Assembly: GCA_951406725.2 (NCBI GenBank) | Contig: OX597843.1 | Coordinates: forward strand, 8,742,001 to 8,806,000 | From: Octopus vulgaris | Taxonomy: Eukaryota | DNA: 64,000 bases | Direction: 5' to 3' | Shown: one piece after another, positions 42,652 to 56,934 of the stretch | Numbering within the stretch: the first letter of the stretch is position 1 | Layout of the letters: the number at the start of each line of letters is the position of its first letter | Notes under the pieces: generated by a model | Databases searched by the model: none | Seen by the model: the letters and a program-made list of their open reading frames with translations, nothing else | What the model was told of the DNA's origin: nothing | Made by a program: the position numbers and the translations under genes

Positions 42652-43420
42652 CTCTGGGTTGGTGTAGTTAGACAAGAAAAGAAGAGGAAGGAGTAGTTGA
42701 TGATGACGACTACGATAAGACTGACGAAGAAGAAAAAGAAGAAGAAGAAGAATGTGCAGAAGAAGAAGAAGGAGAAGAATGTGAAGAAAAAGAAGAAGAA
42801 GAAGAAGAAGAAGAAGAAGAAGAATGTGAAGAAGAAAAAGAAGAAGAAGAAGAAGAAGAAGAAGAAGAAGAAGAAGAAGAAGAAGAAGAAGAAGAATGTG
42901 AAGAAGAAGAAGAATGTGAAGAAGAAGAAGAAGAAGAAGAATGTGAAGAAGAAGAAGAAGAAGAAGAAGAAGAAGAAGAAGAAGAAGAAGAAGAAGAAGA
43001 AGAAGAAGAAGAATGTGAAGAAGAAGAAGAAGAAGAAGAAGAAGAAGAAAAAGAAGAACAAGGAGAAGAAGAAGAAGAAGACGAAGAAGAAGAAGAAGAA
43101 GAAGAAGAAGAAGAAGAAGAAGAAGAAGAAGAAGAAGAGACCGATGAACACACACACACACTAAATGATATAACTGGAAAAAATATATAAATAACGAGAA
43201 AAATATAATAAAAAGAAAAATGATCTAATGATGAAAATTAAGTAATAAGGCAAAACCGGAAGTAATTTCAGTAACGAGCGGAAGTTTGGTATTCCAGCGT
43301 GTGCATATGTGTGTGTGTACGTTTAAGGTTGTTGGGTTTCTGCTACGGTCAAGCTGCCCTCTGGTGTGTGTGTCAACGTCCTGTGATCTTTTTTCTGGGT
43401 GATGTAGGGCTGAGAAAAAG
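42400..43420. promoter_or_regulatory. Candidate promoter region split by microsatellites
   Basis: CAAAATGGCGGCC (YY1 consensus, ~42422); CCGGAAGT and GCGGAAGT ETS pair (~43256, ~43278). Confidence 0.35.
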
Positions 43421-43702
43421 GCCGAGTTAATAATTTTTTTTTTTTTTTTTAGTAATTCTGAGGTGCCGGGTTCGATACTTGTTCGAGAATGTGTTTTGTT
43501 GTTTTGCTTTTATTTTAATCACAGATTTTGTTGTATGAGCTCTCCACTTACATGCTTCGGATTCGTTTCAGCTTTTATTATTCTTTTACTTGTTTCAGTC
43601 ATTAGCTGCGGCCATACCAGAGCAGCCTTCTTGAAGAATGTTTAGTCGATTTAATCGACCCCCACTAGTTATTATTATTATCATTATTATTATTATTATT
43701 AA

Positions 43703-43757
<55 letters not shown>

Positions 43758-43796
43758 ATTATTATTATTATTACTTATTATTATTATTATTATTCT

Positions 43797-44094
43797 ATGT
43801 TTGAGTTTTGCTTTATGTTTGTACAAGTTGGCTCCAAGTCTCACCCAGAGACCTCAAGAGACAACAGGTTGGAAGTTCACGTTGTTGTTATGCCTAGTGT
43901 GCCATATATATGGGGTTTTTTTGGGGTGTTGTACTGGTGAATGTCTAATAAATATATATTTTTTTTAAATTGTTTGTTTAAACCCTTGAGATTACATAGA
44001 GAGTTATTTGCGTAGGGTATAAGCAGTTCCCATGAGCATTATCTTTTAAATTTCTGCCATTTTGGGGTTTCCTGGTATCTGAGTTAGGTAGCAA

Positions 44095-44095
<1 letters not shown>
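43797..44095 (-). mobile_element. R4/Dong family A 3' end, copy 2, in (TAA)n
   Basis: Homologous to 8762-9100; TTA arrays on both sides. Confidence 0.8.
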
Positions 44096-44155
<60 letters not shown>

Positions 44156-44159
44156 CATT

Positions 44160-44223
<64 letters not shown>

Positions 44224-44239
44224 ACATCATCATCATCAA

Positions 44240-44360
<121 letters not shown>

Positions 44361-44591
44361 ATTATCATTATTATTATTATCATTATTATTATCATTATTA
44401 TTATTATCATTATTATTATCATTATTATTATTATCATTATTATTATCATTATTATTATTATCATTATTATTATCATTATTATTATTATCATTATTATTAT
44501 CATTATTATTATTATCATTATTATTATCATTATTATTATTATCATTATTATTATCATTATTATTATTATCATTATTATTATCATTATTATT

Positions 44592-44651
<60 letters not shown>

Positions 44652-44767
44652 TGTAGTCTAATACTTATTCTGTTGGACACTTCTACCGAACCGCTAGGTT
44701 ACGGAGACCTAAAGACAGATTCAAAGAACACACATGCAATATATATATATATATACATACATACATA

Positions 44768-44828
<61 letters not shown>

Positions 44829-45057
44829 ATAAGAATTTTGAAAACGCCACCATATAAGATAAATTTTAATTTTCTTAGAGATTTTACATGTTTCGGTTCT
44901 TCTTGAAAAAAAACGAACCGTATCAAAAATATTTTTAAAAGTTAAGTATAATAAAAAAAAGTTCATAATTGTTTCACGTGGACTCTGTTCAGACTAGTAA
45001 GAAATAATTATGAACATTTTTATTACACTTAACTTTTAAAAATATTTTTGATAAGCT

Positions 45058-45227
45058 GTTCGGCAAAAGAGAACGATGGAATAAGTATTAGGCTTACAAA
45101 GAGTAAGTCCTGGGTCGACTTGTTCGAATAAAGGCGCTGCTCCAGCATGGCCGCAGTCAAAATTACCGTAATGTGTAAAAGAAAAAATGAACATATATAT
45201 ATATATATAAATAAAATTACGTACACG

Positions 45228-45265
<38 letters not shown>

Positions 45266-45756
45266 TATGTAAAAAAAGTGAGTAGATATGGCGTAGGAGT
45301 GGCTGTGTGGTAAGTAGCTTGCTTACGAACCACATGGTTCTGGGTTCAGTCCCACTGCGTGGCACCTTGCACAAGTGTCTTCTACTATAGCCTCGGGCCA
45401 ACCAAAGCCTTGTGAGTGGATTTGGTAGAAGGAAACTGAAAGAAGCCCGTCGTGTATATATATGTATGTGTGTGTGTGTGCGTGTTTGTGTGTGTATGTG
45501 TGTGTGTGTGTGTCTGTGTTTGTTCCCCCAACATCGCTTGACAACCGATGCTGGTGTGTTTACGTCCCCGTGACTTAGCGGTTCGGCAAAAGAGACCGAT
45601 AGAATAAGTACTTGACTTACAAAGAATAAGTCATGCGGTCGATTTGCTCGGCTAAAGTCGGTGCTCCAGCATGGCCGCCGTCAAATGACTGAAACAAGTA
45701 AAATAGTAAAAGAGTAATATATATATATATAAATAAAATTACGTACACAACTCTGT

Positions 45757-45810
<54 letters not shown>

Positions 45811-46014
45811 ATGTGCCTGTTCCCCCAACATCGCTTGACGACCGATGCTGGTGTGTTTACGTTCCCGTGACTTAGCGGCTCGGCAAAAGAGACCGATAGA
45901 ATAAGTACTAGGCTTACAAACAAGAATAAGTGCTGCGGTGGATTTGCTCGGCTAAAGTCGGTGCTCCGGCATGGCCGCAGTCAAGCGACTGAAACAAGTA
46001 AAAGAGTAAAAGAG
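45058..46014 (+). mobile_element. SINE family 1 cluster: 3' fragment, full copy (45290-45716), duplicated 3' half
   Basis: Three tails; shared flank TAAATAAAATTACGTACAC. Confidence 0.85.
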
Positions 46015-46515
46015 ATATATGTAGATAGGTACACATGCAAAGACAGACATACAAACGCACAGAAGTCTACGCACACATGAATATAGATAGAGAGGAAGAG
46101 AGACAGAAAGACGAAGAGGGAAAGCGCAAAGTGGGTGTGTGTGAGCGCGTGTGGGTGTGTGTGTGCCTGTTTGTGTAAGTATTAGTGATTACGAATGAGA
46201 CTGTAGGTTATACACCACCTGACCTTTAATATATGGTTTTAACATGTGTGTGAAAGTATGTGTGTCCAAACACAAAACGAGACAAACGCAAATACATACA
46301 CACGTACACGTACCCCCCCACACACACATATATATATATATACATAGCTATACACTCATGCATATATATGCATACATATACATACATACATATATCTATA
46401 ATATATATACATATATATTTATGTACGAATATATGCATGCGTCTGTATAAGTTTATATACGTATATATATATATAATATATATATATGTATGTATGTATA
46501 TATATGTAAATATAT

Positions 46516-46550
<35 letters not shown>

Positions 46551-46570
46551 CATATATATATACATACATA

Positions 46571-46643
<73 letters not shown>

Positions 46644-47092
46644 GCGTGTGTATATGTGTGATTGTGCATATTTATGTATATATATATACGTATGGAAGGA
46701 TATTATGTTCATTATTTCATATTCTTTGACCTAATTATAGGCAGCTCAAACCGAGAAACGAAACTAGGACGTAACGGTCAATCGGTTCACTTAGAGTTCA
46801 TTCAACTCTTTCCACGCCGCCGCTGCAGGAGGTACACTCGATATAGGTACAATCTACACGCTACCATTAACACTAGAGCCACGCCCACCATACTTTAACT
46901 TTCGCTTTCAATGTGAAAAGCGCGCTGGCTCGTTATATTAGCTTATAATACAATCTATAACTGAACTGAGTTGAGGTTTTTTGAGGGGGAGTTTTGCTTG
47001 TTTGTTTTTGAATTTTTCTTTCATGGTTTATTCTGAGGAATTTTCTGGTCTGGATCAATTCTAGAAGTGGATGATGGAGAATAGTGTTTGGT

Positions 47093-47208
47093 AAGCATAC
47101 AAGCAAATGCCAGGTCTGCATAGTCTTGGCGTATGGATATGTATATATATATATATATATACATATCCATACGCCAAGACTATACACACATGGTATTTGC
47201 TTGTATGC
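47093..47208. repeat. Palindrome centred on a (TA)n tract
   Basis: GCATACAAGCAAATGCCA...TAGTCTTGGCGTATGGATATG / CATATCCATACGCCAAGACTA...TGGTATTTGCTTGTATGC. Confidence 0.85.
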
Positions 47209-47288
47209 CAATACATAAAATTAATTAATTTATATTAGTTTAAATATATATTAAAAGTATTAAAAGATTAATAAAAGATAATGATTAA

Positions 47289-47361
47289 AACACTACGATC
47301 GTTTCATGGCTGTCCAATTCGTAATAATTCGAGTTATGGTTACAGTCAATCTTCAGGTGAT
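47289..47361 (-). ncRNA. Minimal hammerhead motif (CTGAAGA core)
   Basis: Minus: CAC-CTGAAGA-TTGACTGT...ACAGCCAT-GAAA-CGATCG-TA-GTG. Confidence 0.72.
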
Positions 47362-47591
47362 TGAAATATCTAAAATATAATCAGAAATATTTAAACAATA
47401 TTTTTAAGATATATATATATATATATATGTTTGTATGTATATATGTTTGTATGTATGTATGTATGTATACATGTATGTATGTATATATAAATATATATCT
47501 ATACATATGTATATATTTTTCTCTCCTTTTTTCTCTCTTTTTTCTCTCCATTTTTTCTCCCCCTTTTTCTCTCCTCGTTTTCTCTGTGTCC

Positions 47592-47627
47592 CTTTCTGTA
47601 GAAGAGCGTAGGCTCGAAACATAAAAG
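47592..47627 (+). ncRNA. Degenerate hammerhead-like motif in a PLE-like terminal repeat
   Basis: CTTT-CTGTAGA-AGAGC-GTAG-GCTC-GAAA-CA-TA-AAAG; core is mutated. Confidence 0.4.
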
Positions 47628-48029
47628 ACCTTTTCTATTCCTGAGCGTTATACTAATACATCTGTTTGTTTTGTACACCACCTGTCTTCATCTTTTGGCG
47701 TTTTTTCGTAAACTCTCCCTATATATATGTATGCCTATATATATATGTATGTATATATGTATGTATATATGTATGTATAAATATGCATGTGTGTATATAT
47801 GTATGTATGTTTGTATGTATATAAAATATCGAAAGCCTCTATACGTATTATAAAGTTTAAAATAGTGACTAAGCAGGGTAGCACCTACATTGCTAGACAT
47901 AAGAGTTAAGGCCCATTGTAGCCATAAAATTCTTGGCATGGTGGCTGAACGATATTTATATTTGTATATACATATATGTATGTATATGTATTTATCTGTG
48001 TGTTTGTGAGTGAGAATGTGTGTTTGTAT

Positions 48030-48942
48030 GCGGATGTACCTATATCTATGTTTACCGCCCCGCCCGCTATCGCTTGACAGCCGATGGTGGTGTGATTGTG
48101 TTCCCGTAACCCTAGCGATTCGGCAAAAGAAACCGATAGAATATGTACTAGGTTGACCAAAAATAAGTTCGAATAAAACCCTTTAATGCGATAATCCAGC
48201 ATGGCTGCAGTCAAACGCCTGAAACAAGTGAAAGAATAAAAGATTTAACTTTTAACCCTGGTACATATTCTTGCGGTCTCTATTGCCGAACCGCTTGGTT
48301 ACGGGGACGTAAACACACCAACATCGGTTGCCAAGCGATGATGTGGGGACAAACAAAGGCAAAAAGGCACTCACATAAATATATCCGTATTTATACGACA
48401 GGATTCTTTCAGTTTCCGTCTACCAAATCCACTCAGATTGCTTTGCCGTCTCGACGCTATAGTGGAAGACACCTGCCCAAAGATGCCACACAGCGGGACT
48501 GAACTCAGAACCATGTGGTTGGTAAGCAAGCTACTTACCACACAGCCACTCCTGCGCCTACACACACACACACAAACACACATACATACATATACATATA
48601 TATGTCTGTCGTTATGTTCTGAGTTCAAATTCCGCCGAGGTCGACTTTGCCTTTCATCCTTTCGGGGTCGATAAATAAAGTACCAGTTTTGCAACTGGGG
48701 TCATTGTAATTCCTTTGTCCTTGTTTGTCCCCTCTATGTTTAGCCCCTTGTGGGCAGTAAAGAAATACATAGGCGCAGGAGTGGCTGTGTGGTAAGTAGC
48801 TTGCTAACCAATCACATGGTTCCGGGTTCAGTCCCACTGCGTGGCATCTTGGGCAAGTGTCTTCTGCTATAGCCCCGGGCCGACCAATGCCTTGTGAGTG
48901 GATTTGGTAGACGGAAACTGAAAGAAGCCTGTCGTATATATG

Positions 48943-48973
<31 letters not shown>

Positions 48974-49240
48974 TTGTGTGTCTGTGTCTGTCCCCCTAGC
49001 ATTGCTTGACAACCGATGCTGGTGTGTTTACGTCCCCGTTACTTAGCGGTTCAGCAAAAGAGACCGATAGAATAAGTACTGGGCTTACAAAAAAGAATAA
49101 GTCCCGGGGTCGATTTGCTCGACTAAAAAGGCGGTGCTCCAGCATGGCCGCGCAGTCAAATGACTGAAACGAGTAAAAGAGTAAAAGAGTAAAGAGTAAA
49201 GAGTAAAAGAGTAAAGAGTAAAGAGTAAAGAGTAAAGAGT
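48030..49240. mobile_element. SINE pile-up: family 1 3' half (+), family 1 (-, 48255-48559), family 2 (+, 48604-48768), family 1 full (+, 48772-49240)
   Basis: Matches to other copies; expanded AAAGAGT tail. Confidence 0.85.
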
Positions 49241-50159
49241 ATGTATGTGTGCTTTTATGTATATGCACATTCACGCACACATACGTAAGCTGACAGTCGA
49301 ACGGGGTTCAACTGATAAAGAGACAGACAGACAGACAGACAGGCATGGAGACGGACAGACAGACAGACAGCCAGGCAAACTGATGTCTAGAATGACTAAC
49401 AGCATTGATGACACAGCGTCATAGATTTGATTCGAAACCTTGAATGACAGTTAAGAGCTCCAGGAAATGTTATCAAAATCTCCCGATTTCCGCCATTGAA
49501 TGAAAATAATTTTTTGGTCTCATTTCGTGGTTGTTTTCCATTTTGTTTTTGATGTCGTTGTTATTGTTCTTGTTGGTGGTGGTGGTATGTGTTGTGCTGT
49601 GTAGCTGCATATGTGCATGTGTGTATATGTGTGTACGTATGCGTAATATAATTTTTATTTCGCTGTTCTTGTTTTTTGTTGTTGTTGATATTTACGTTCG
49701 TTTGTGTTTGTGTGCGTATACAAAAGTGTGTATATGCGTAATATATTTTTTTTTTATTTCATTATGTTCTTTTTCATGTTGAAATGCTTTCAATGTGTAT
49801 GGATGTGTATGCATATACATACATATACATACATATAAATGTATATATGTATATATATATATGTGTGTGTGTATACATATATATATATTTGTATATGTAT
49901 ATCTATTTACATATATATAGATACATGTATATATACTTACATATATACGTGTGTGTTTGTGTGTGTGTGTGTGTGTGTGTATGTATATATATACACACAC
50001 ACACATATATATATCCGTGTGTGTGTGTGTTTGTGCAGGTATATATATATAATGTAAATTTTATTTCATTTTTCTTTTGATATTGTATATGAGTATGTGT
50101 ACATATGTATATGTATATGTGTGCATATGTGTAAGAGATGCTTGGTTTCATTGTGTTGT

Positions 50160-50208
<49 letters not shown>

Positions 50209-50308
50209 GAGTGTACATGTTTGTATATGTGTAATATAATTGTTGTTTCGTTGTTGTGGTGCCTCTTGTTCGTATTAGTTGCTACGTATGTGTTTATGTA
50301 TATGTGTC

Positions 50309-50391
<83 letters not shown>

Positions 50392-50414
50392 GTATATATG
50401 TATATGTGTGTGTG

Positions 50415-50503
<89 letters not shown>

Positions 50504-50526
50504 GTGTGTGTGTATATATGTATATG

Positions 50527-50598
<72 letters not shown>

Positions 50599-50823
50599 AA
50601 TATAGATTCATACATTTATATGTACATGTATGTATATAAATTTGTATATGCATATATGTGCGCGTATATATATATGTGTTTTCATTTATATATATATCTG
50701 TATGTGCATGTTTATACATGTGTGTGTGTATGTGTGTGTGTGTCTGTGTATGTGTGCGCCCGCAATATCATGTCGGTTTTGATTGCTTTTGTCTTTTGTG
50801 TTGTTGATAACCGTTGTGTATGC

Positions 50824-50913
<90 letters not shown>

Positions 50914-51734
50914 ATATACATACATATATATCAGAATGTGTGTGTATAATATAATTTTGTAGTTACCTCCTTGCTTTCCTTTTTTATTTTGTCTGTATAC
51001 GCATGTGACGATATATATATATACGTGTGTATATATGGAGTAGTTAGTTGCAATATATACTTTATTCATTTTCTTATTATTCGTTGTTTTGTGTGTGTCT
51101 GTGAGTAATATATTTGTGGTATTATTTTTGTTTTGTTCTTGTAACTGTCCTTGAATATATGTACATACATAGGTGTATATGTATGCATGTGAATACGCTA
51201 GAATCAAACAGTAAGAATGAGTGCTCAAAACCGCTTTGGTTCATAACATCTGTTTCTAAATGACCAAAGCAACCAATAGTCTCATGCACAAACTTCTCTA
51301 CAATTATTATTATTCAAGCGATCTACCAGAGAATTTCGGCATTCTTTTCCATCTTCAACACACTAATACTCACTTATATACGTGTATATATATATATATA
51401 TATATATATAACTAAAAATAAGGATGTCTGTGAGACACCACCATGCCGAAATAGCTGTCAAATCCTCTAAAAACCACCTTAAATGTTCATATCGCACCAT
51501 GAGATAAGACAGAGAGACAAAATAAACTAACAAAAAAGATATTACTGAATAATTCAAGATCCTGGATTTCTAGCTTTGCTTTTAATAAGATTTGCCGTCA
51601 TCAGTTGAATATACCAGATGGGTACATAAATACAAATATATATATATACAGAACAAACGTTATACTTACATATACGAACGTCCATACATACATATATATG
51701 TACAAGGCCAGTTTAAATTGCCCGCCAGTAAATT

Positions 51735-51790
<56 letters not shown>

Positions 51791-53400
51791 TATGTATACA
51801 TATAGAGTTAATCCAAACATGAAAACACAAAGAGAAAACACAACAACGCGAGGACGTGGAACAAGTATGAATATGATTCATAGTAGGATATGATATGAGA
51901 GATTTGGCTGCTATTTCACGACGGACAACATACCACACTATATCAGTGTTGGAAGATACCTCCACTATCACCACCACAACAAGCACCGGTACCTAACCTT
52001 AAAGATACGTCCACTACCCACCACCACCACCACCACACCACCACCACCACCACCACCACCACCACCATCCGCAACCCCAGCTTCACCACCTCGCCCATCA
52101 CTAAAAACCCTCCACCACCACTACCATGGGCTACAACATTCCTATCCTGTCCATATTACGTCTTCAAATCAACCGCTACTATCACATATACTGCTACCCA
52201 GAAATAAGCGCCACCATCACAACGACACCACAACCACCCCCACTGCAACTGCTACCTCAACCGTGACGAAAGCAACCATTTTCACCACCACCAACAATAT
52301 CCTTTACTACGCCCGAACCACGTTATCAAGGCAACCACTACCATCTTTCAACAACACCATAAGTAATACCATCAACGCTAGCACCTATACTACCAACAAC
52401 ACTGTCACCATCATCAACAACAACTCTGCCGCCAACTACAACACCAACACCACAAACAGCAACAACAACACTACCACCAGTACCCCTACCACTACCAACA
52501 ATACCACCACAACCACCAAGATCAACAACGAAACTACCACAATCAACGCCATCACCATCATCACCACCACCACCACCGCCACCATTATCATCACTACCAC
52601 CACCACCGCCACCACCACCACCACCACCATCAAGACCACAAACACCATCATGACCACAAACACCATCATCGCCACCACCACCATCACCATCACTTCCACC
52701 ACCACTACCACCACAACCACCGCCACCATAATCATCACCACCATCATCATCACCACCATCACCATCACTACACCACCACCATCAAGACCACCATCACTAT
52801 CAACCACAACCGCCATCATCACTTCCGCCACCACCACCACCGCCACCATTATCAACACCACAACCATCATCACCACCGCCACCACCCTCACTACCACCAC
52901 CACCACCACCACCGCCGCCATTATCATCACCACCATCATCATCACCACCATCACCACAACCCCCACCTCTAGCAACAACCCTCACCTCTGCCACCACCAC
53001 CATCCACCACCACCAATTTCACCCCTACCACTACTACCACTGCCAAAATTAGGAACAACCACTCCGGAAGCGTGAAAGTCAAATTCGACCTCGGGCGTGA
53101 TTTGAACTTAGAGCGTTGGTGTTTGGAAACAATTGCTATTCATGATATGTCGTGAGGGGTCTTGAGGTTTTCATGTTTCTACTGTTCAGTTCACAGCGAG
53201 TAATTTGCATAATGGGTGACGTCACAGACAACGTGACGACGTCAAAAACCAGCCGATCTCATTTTGAAAGCCCTCAGCACAGTTTTTAAATGCTATACTT
53301 TAAACAAAATGAGACTTCATTTTCGTTCTTCATTTGTTGGCTAAAGCAAGTAGACGGCGACCATGCTGGGGTAATTGGTTCGTTCTGGTATCCTTATTCT

Positions 53401-53624
53401 CTCTCTCTTTTACTCTTTTACTTGTTTCAGTCATTTGACTGCGGCCATGCTGGAGCACCGCCTTTAGTCGAGCAAATCGAGCCCGGGACTTATTCTTTGT
53501 AAGCCCAGTACTTATTCTTTCGGTCTCTTTTTGCCGAACCGCCAAGTGACGGGGACGTAAACACACCAGCATCGGTTGTCAAGCAATGCAACGGGGACAA
53601 ACACAGACACACAAACACACAAAT

Positions 53625-53693
<69 letters not shown>

Positions 53694-53858
53694 TAGACAG
53701 GCTTCTTTCAGTTTCCGTCTACCAAATCCACTCACAAGGCATTGGTCGGCCCGGGGCTATAGCAGAAGACACTTGCCCAAGGTGCCACGCAGTGGGACTG
53801 AACCCGGAACCATGTGGTTGATTAGCAAGCTACTTACCACACAGCCACTCCTGCGCCT
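53401..53858 (-). mobile_element. SINE family 1, full-length, little diverged
   Basis: Near-exact reverse complement of 48772-49185. Confidence 0.9.
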
Positions 53859-53987
53859 AATTTATTATCTTTTAGTTGATCTAAAAGAATTCTCCGCCCA
53901 CCCTTATGTATTAATTACGGTTGTGTATTTTAGTATTTGGATCTTTTCGGTTTGACCGGCAGTTTTTAACATAATTTCTAGGTAACT

Positions 53988-55908
53988 AAAAAATGTTAAA
54001 CTTCGTATTCTGGTAGAATGTGTTTATAAAACATCTTTTTCTCTTGGATTTACTGAGAAAATTCTATAGTTTGTAAGATATTTGTTGTTGTTTTTTCTTC
54101 AATTTCTGCAATTTCAACCAATCAATGACGTCTACTGTGCAACAACTAATAAATACATTCGGTTGTGCAAATTCTTTGCACGGGAAACCTTCCCTATGTG
54201 GCGTGTTTCCCATTTTGTAAATTCGTCTTCGCCTTTCCTAGCCATTTTCTGCTTTGAGCATGGCGACTTCAAGGCCATGAAGTCGTCGTCGAGAAGAACG
54301 GTGGTCTCCTTGGCAACGCTTACGACGTTGATTTCCCTACACTCCCCTTCCCCACTGCTTCACGAGGGAGGGAAAGAAGGGGAGGAGCAACACAGGTGCA
54401 GGTGTGAGCATAGACGCCGACACACGGAAAGAATTTGGAAGGACCCAGACGACAGCTTCACAGTCAACCGCTACTACGGACAACTCTGCCACGACCACCA
54501 CCACGACCACCGCCGCCACCAACGCCACCGCCACCACCACCACCACCATCACTAACGCCGCCACCACGGCCATGACCACGACCACGTCGACGACGACGAC
54601 GACCACCACCACCACCACCACCGCCGCCGCCGCCGACGCAACCACCACCACCACCACCACCACCGCCGCCACCATGGCCACGACCACGACCACGATGACA
54701 ACGACGACGACGACCACCACCACCACCGCCGCCGCCGCAACCACCACCACCACCACCACCGCCGCCGCAACCACCACCACCACCACCGCCGCCGCCACCA
54801 TGGCCACGACCACGACCACGATGACAACGACGACGACGACGACCACCACCACCACCGCCGCCGCCGCCGCCGCAACCACCACCACCACCATCACTAACGC
54901 CGCCACCACGGCCATGACCACGACCACGTCGACGACGACCACCACCACCACCACCACCACCACCGCCGCCGACGCCGACGCAACCACCACCACCACCACC
55001 ACCACCCGCCGCCGCCACCATGGCCACGACCACGACCACGATGACAACGACGACGAACACCACCACCACCACCACCACCGCCGCCGCCGCCGCAACCACC
55101 ACCGCCGCTGCCACCATGGCCACGACCACGACCACGATGACAACTACGACGACGACCACCACCACCACCACCGCCGCCGCCGCCGCCGCAACCACCACCA
55201 CCACCGCCGCCGCCGCCGCCGCAACCACCACCACCACCGCCGCCGCCACCATGGCCACGACCACGATGACAACGACGACGACGACGACCACCACCACCAC
55301 CACCACCACCACCACCACCACGGCGACCAGGCTCACACCTGCACCTGTGAAGCGTTGCCAAGGAGACCACCGTTCTTCTCAAAAAAAAATGTTAAACTTC
55401 GTATTCTGGTAGAATGTGTCAAAATAAAACATCTTTTTCTCTTGGATTTATTGAGAAAATTCTAGAGTTTCTAAGATATTTGTTGTTTTTTTTCTTCAAT
55501 TTCTGCAATTTCAACCAATCAATGACGTCTACTGTGCAACAACTAATAAATACATTCGGTTGTGCAAATTCTTTGCACGGGAAACCTTCCCTATGTGGCG
55601 TGTTTCCCATTTTGTAAATTCGTCTTCGCCTTTCCTAGCCATTTTCTGCTTTGAGCATGGCGACTTCAAGGCCATGAAGTCGTCGTCGAGAAGAACGGTG
55701 GTCTCCTTGACAACGCTTACGACGTTGATTTCCCTAGCCTCCCCTTCCCCACAGCTTCACGAGGGAGGGAAAGAAGGGGAGGAAGCAAACACAGGTGCAG
55801 GTGTGAGTCTGGACGCCGAAACACGAAGAATTGGAAGAAGCCAGACGACGGCTTCACGGTCGACCACTACTACGGACAACTCTGCCACGACGACGACGAC
55901 CACCACCA
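53988..55908. repeat. ~510-bp direct duplication flanking an (ACC/GCC/ACG)n array, with an inverted junction piece
   Basis: 53988-54500 matches 55385-55900; 55321-55380 is an inverted copy of 54391-54419 plus 54291-54321. Confidence 0.9.
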
Positions 55909-55913
55909 TGTTG

Positions 55914-55995
<82 letters not shown>

Positions 55996-56166
55996 AGGGT
56001 TTAGCAACGATTTGCCCACACACACCGAAACCGAAATTTAGAAATAGAAATACAGTCAAAGAGTTATGGCTATTCTTTCTACTTAAAAGTAGAAAGAATA
56101 GCCATAACTCTTTGACTGCTATTTCTAAATTTCGGTGTGTGTGTGGGCAAATCGTTGCTAAACCCT
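55996..56166. repeat. ~170-bp palindrome next to (TA)n (PLE-like inverted end)
   Basis: AGGGTTTAGCAACGATTTGCCCACAC...CTATTCTTTCTACTT / AAGTAGAAAGAATAG...GGGCAAATCGTTGCTAAACCCT. Confidence 0.9.
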
Positions 56167-56281
56167 TAATTACTTAGTATTACTTAAACCTTCCTCGAAT
56201 GGGGCTTTTACATGCCGAAATCTACTTGGTGAAATTAATGATTATTATAGATTAATTAATTTCACCCTGTATTATTATCAT

Positions 56282-56367
<86 letters not shown>

Positions 56368-56505
56368 ATATAAAGAAAAAGAGGTTTGTATGATTGTGTA
56401 TAGAGGGATATATATTATTCGAAGAACTTCCATCTCACTCTGTTTTTTATGTTTTATTTTATATTCTTTATAATATTAATGTAGAATTAAGAATATAATA
56501 TAAAT

Positions 56506-56541
<36 letters not shown>

Positions 56542-56934
56542 CTAGCAGTATCGCCCGGCGTTGATCGGGTTTGTAAGGGAAATAACTATACAGCATTTTT
56601 AGAGAGTTATAGCCAAAAAATAGCAAAAAAATGCATTAAAAATGGAAAAAATATGATGGTAATTTTTTTTTAAATCATTGACTCATCGTAGACATTTTTA
56701 GAGAGTTACTTCCCTTTAAAAAAATATGCATGAAAATGGAAAAAAATGATGTTAAATTATTTTTTAAATCGTAGACTCATCGTAGACGCGCGCTAATACC
56801 CAGAAAGGCTCGATATGAATCACGACTATAAGATAACCGGTTTTGGTTAAACTGCACCGCAAAATGTGGGAGTAGTTAGGAATCTAAATCGAAGGGGACA
56901 GACACTCACACAACTACAGTTTTATATATATAGA
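56542..56934 (-). mobile_element. Non-autonomous Helitron
   Basis: Minus: 5' TC start; 3' CCCG-ATCAACGC-CGGG hairpin, 9 nt, CTAG; inserted between A and T; internal ~100-bp duplication. Confidence 0.85.

Noticed and set aside
53200-53320. RSS-like CACAGT...ACAAAA, plus octamer and CRE motifs
   Set aside because: Spacer is neither 12 nor 23, heptamer and nonamer are imperfect, and short motifs alone are expected by chance
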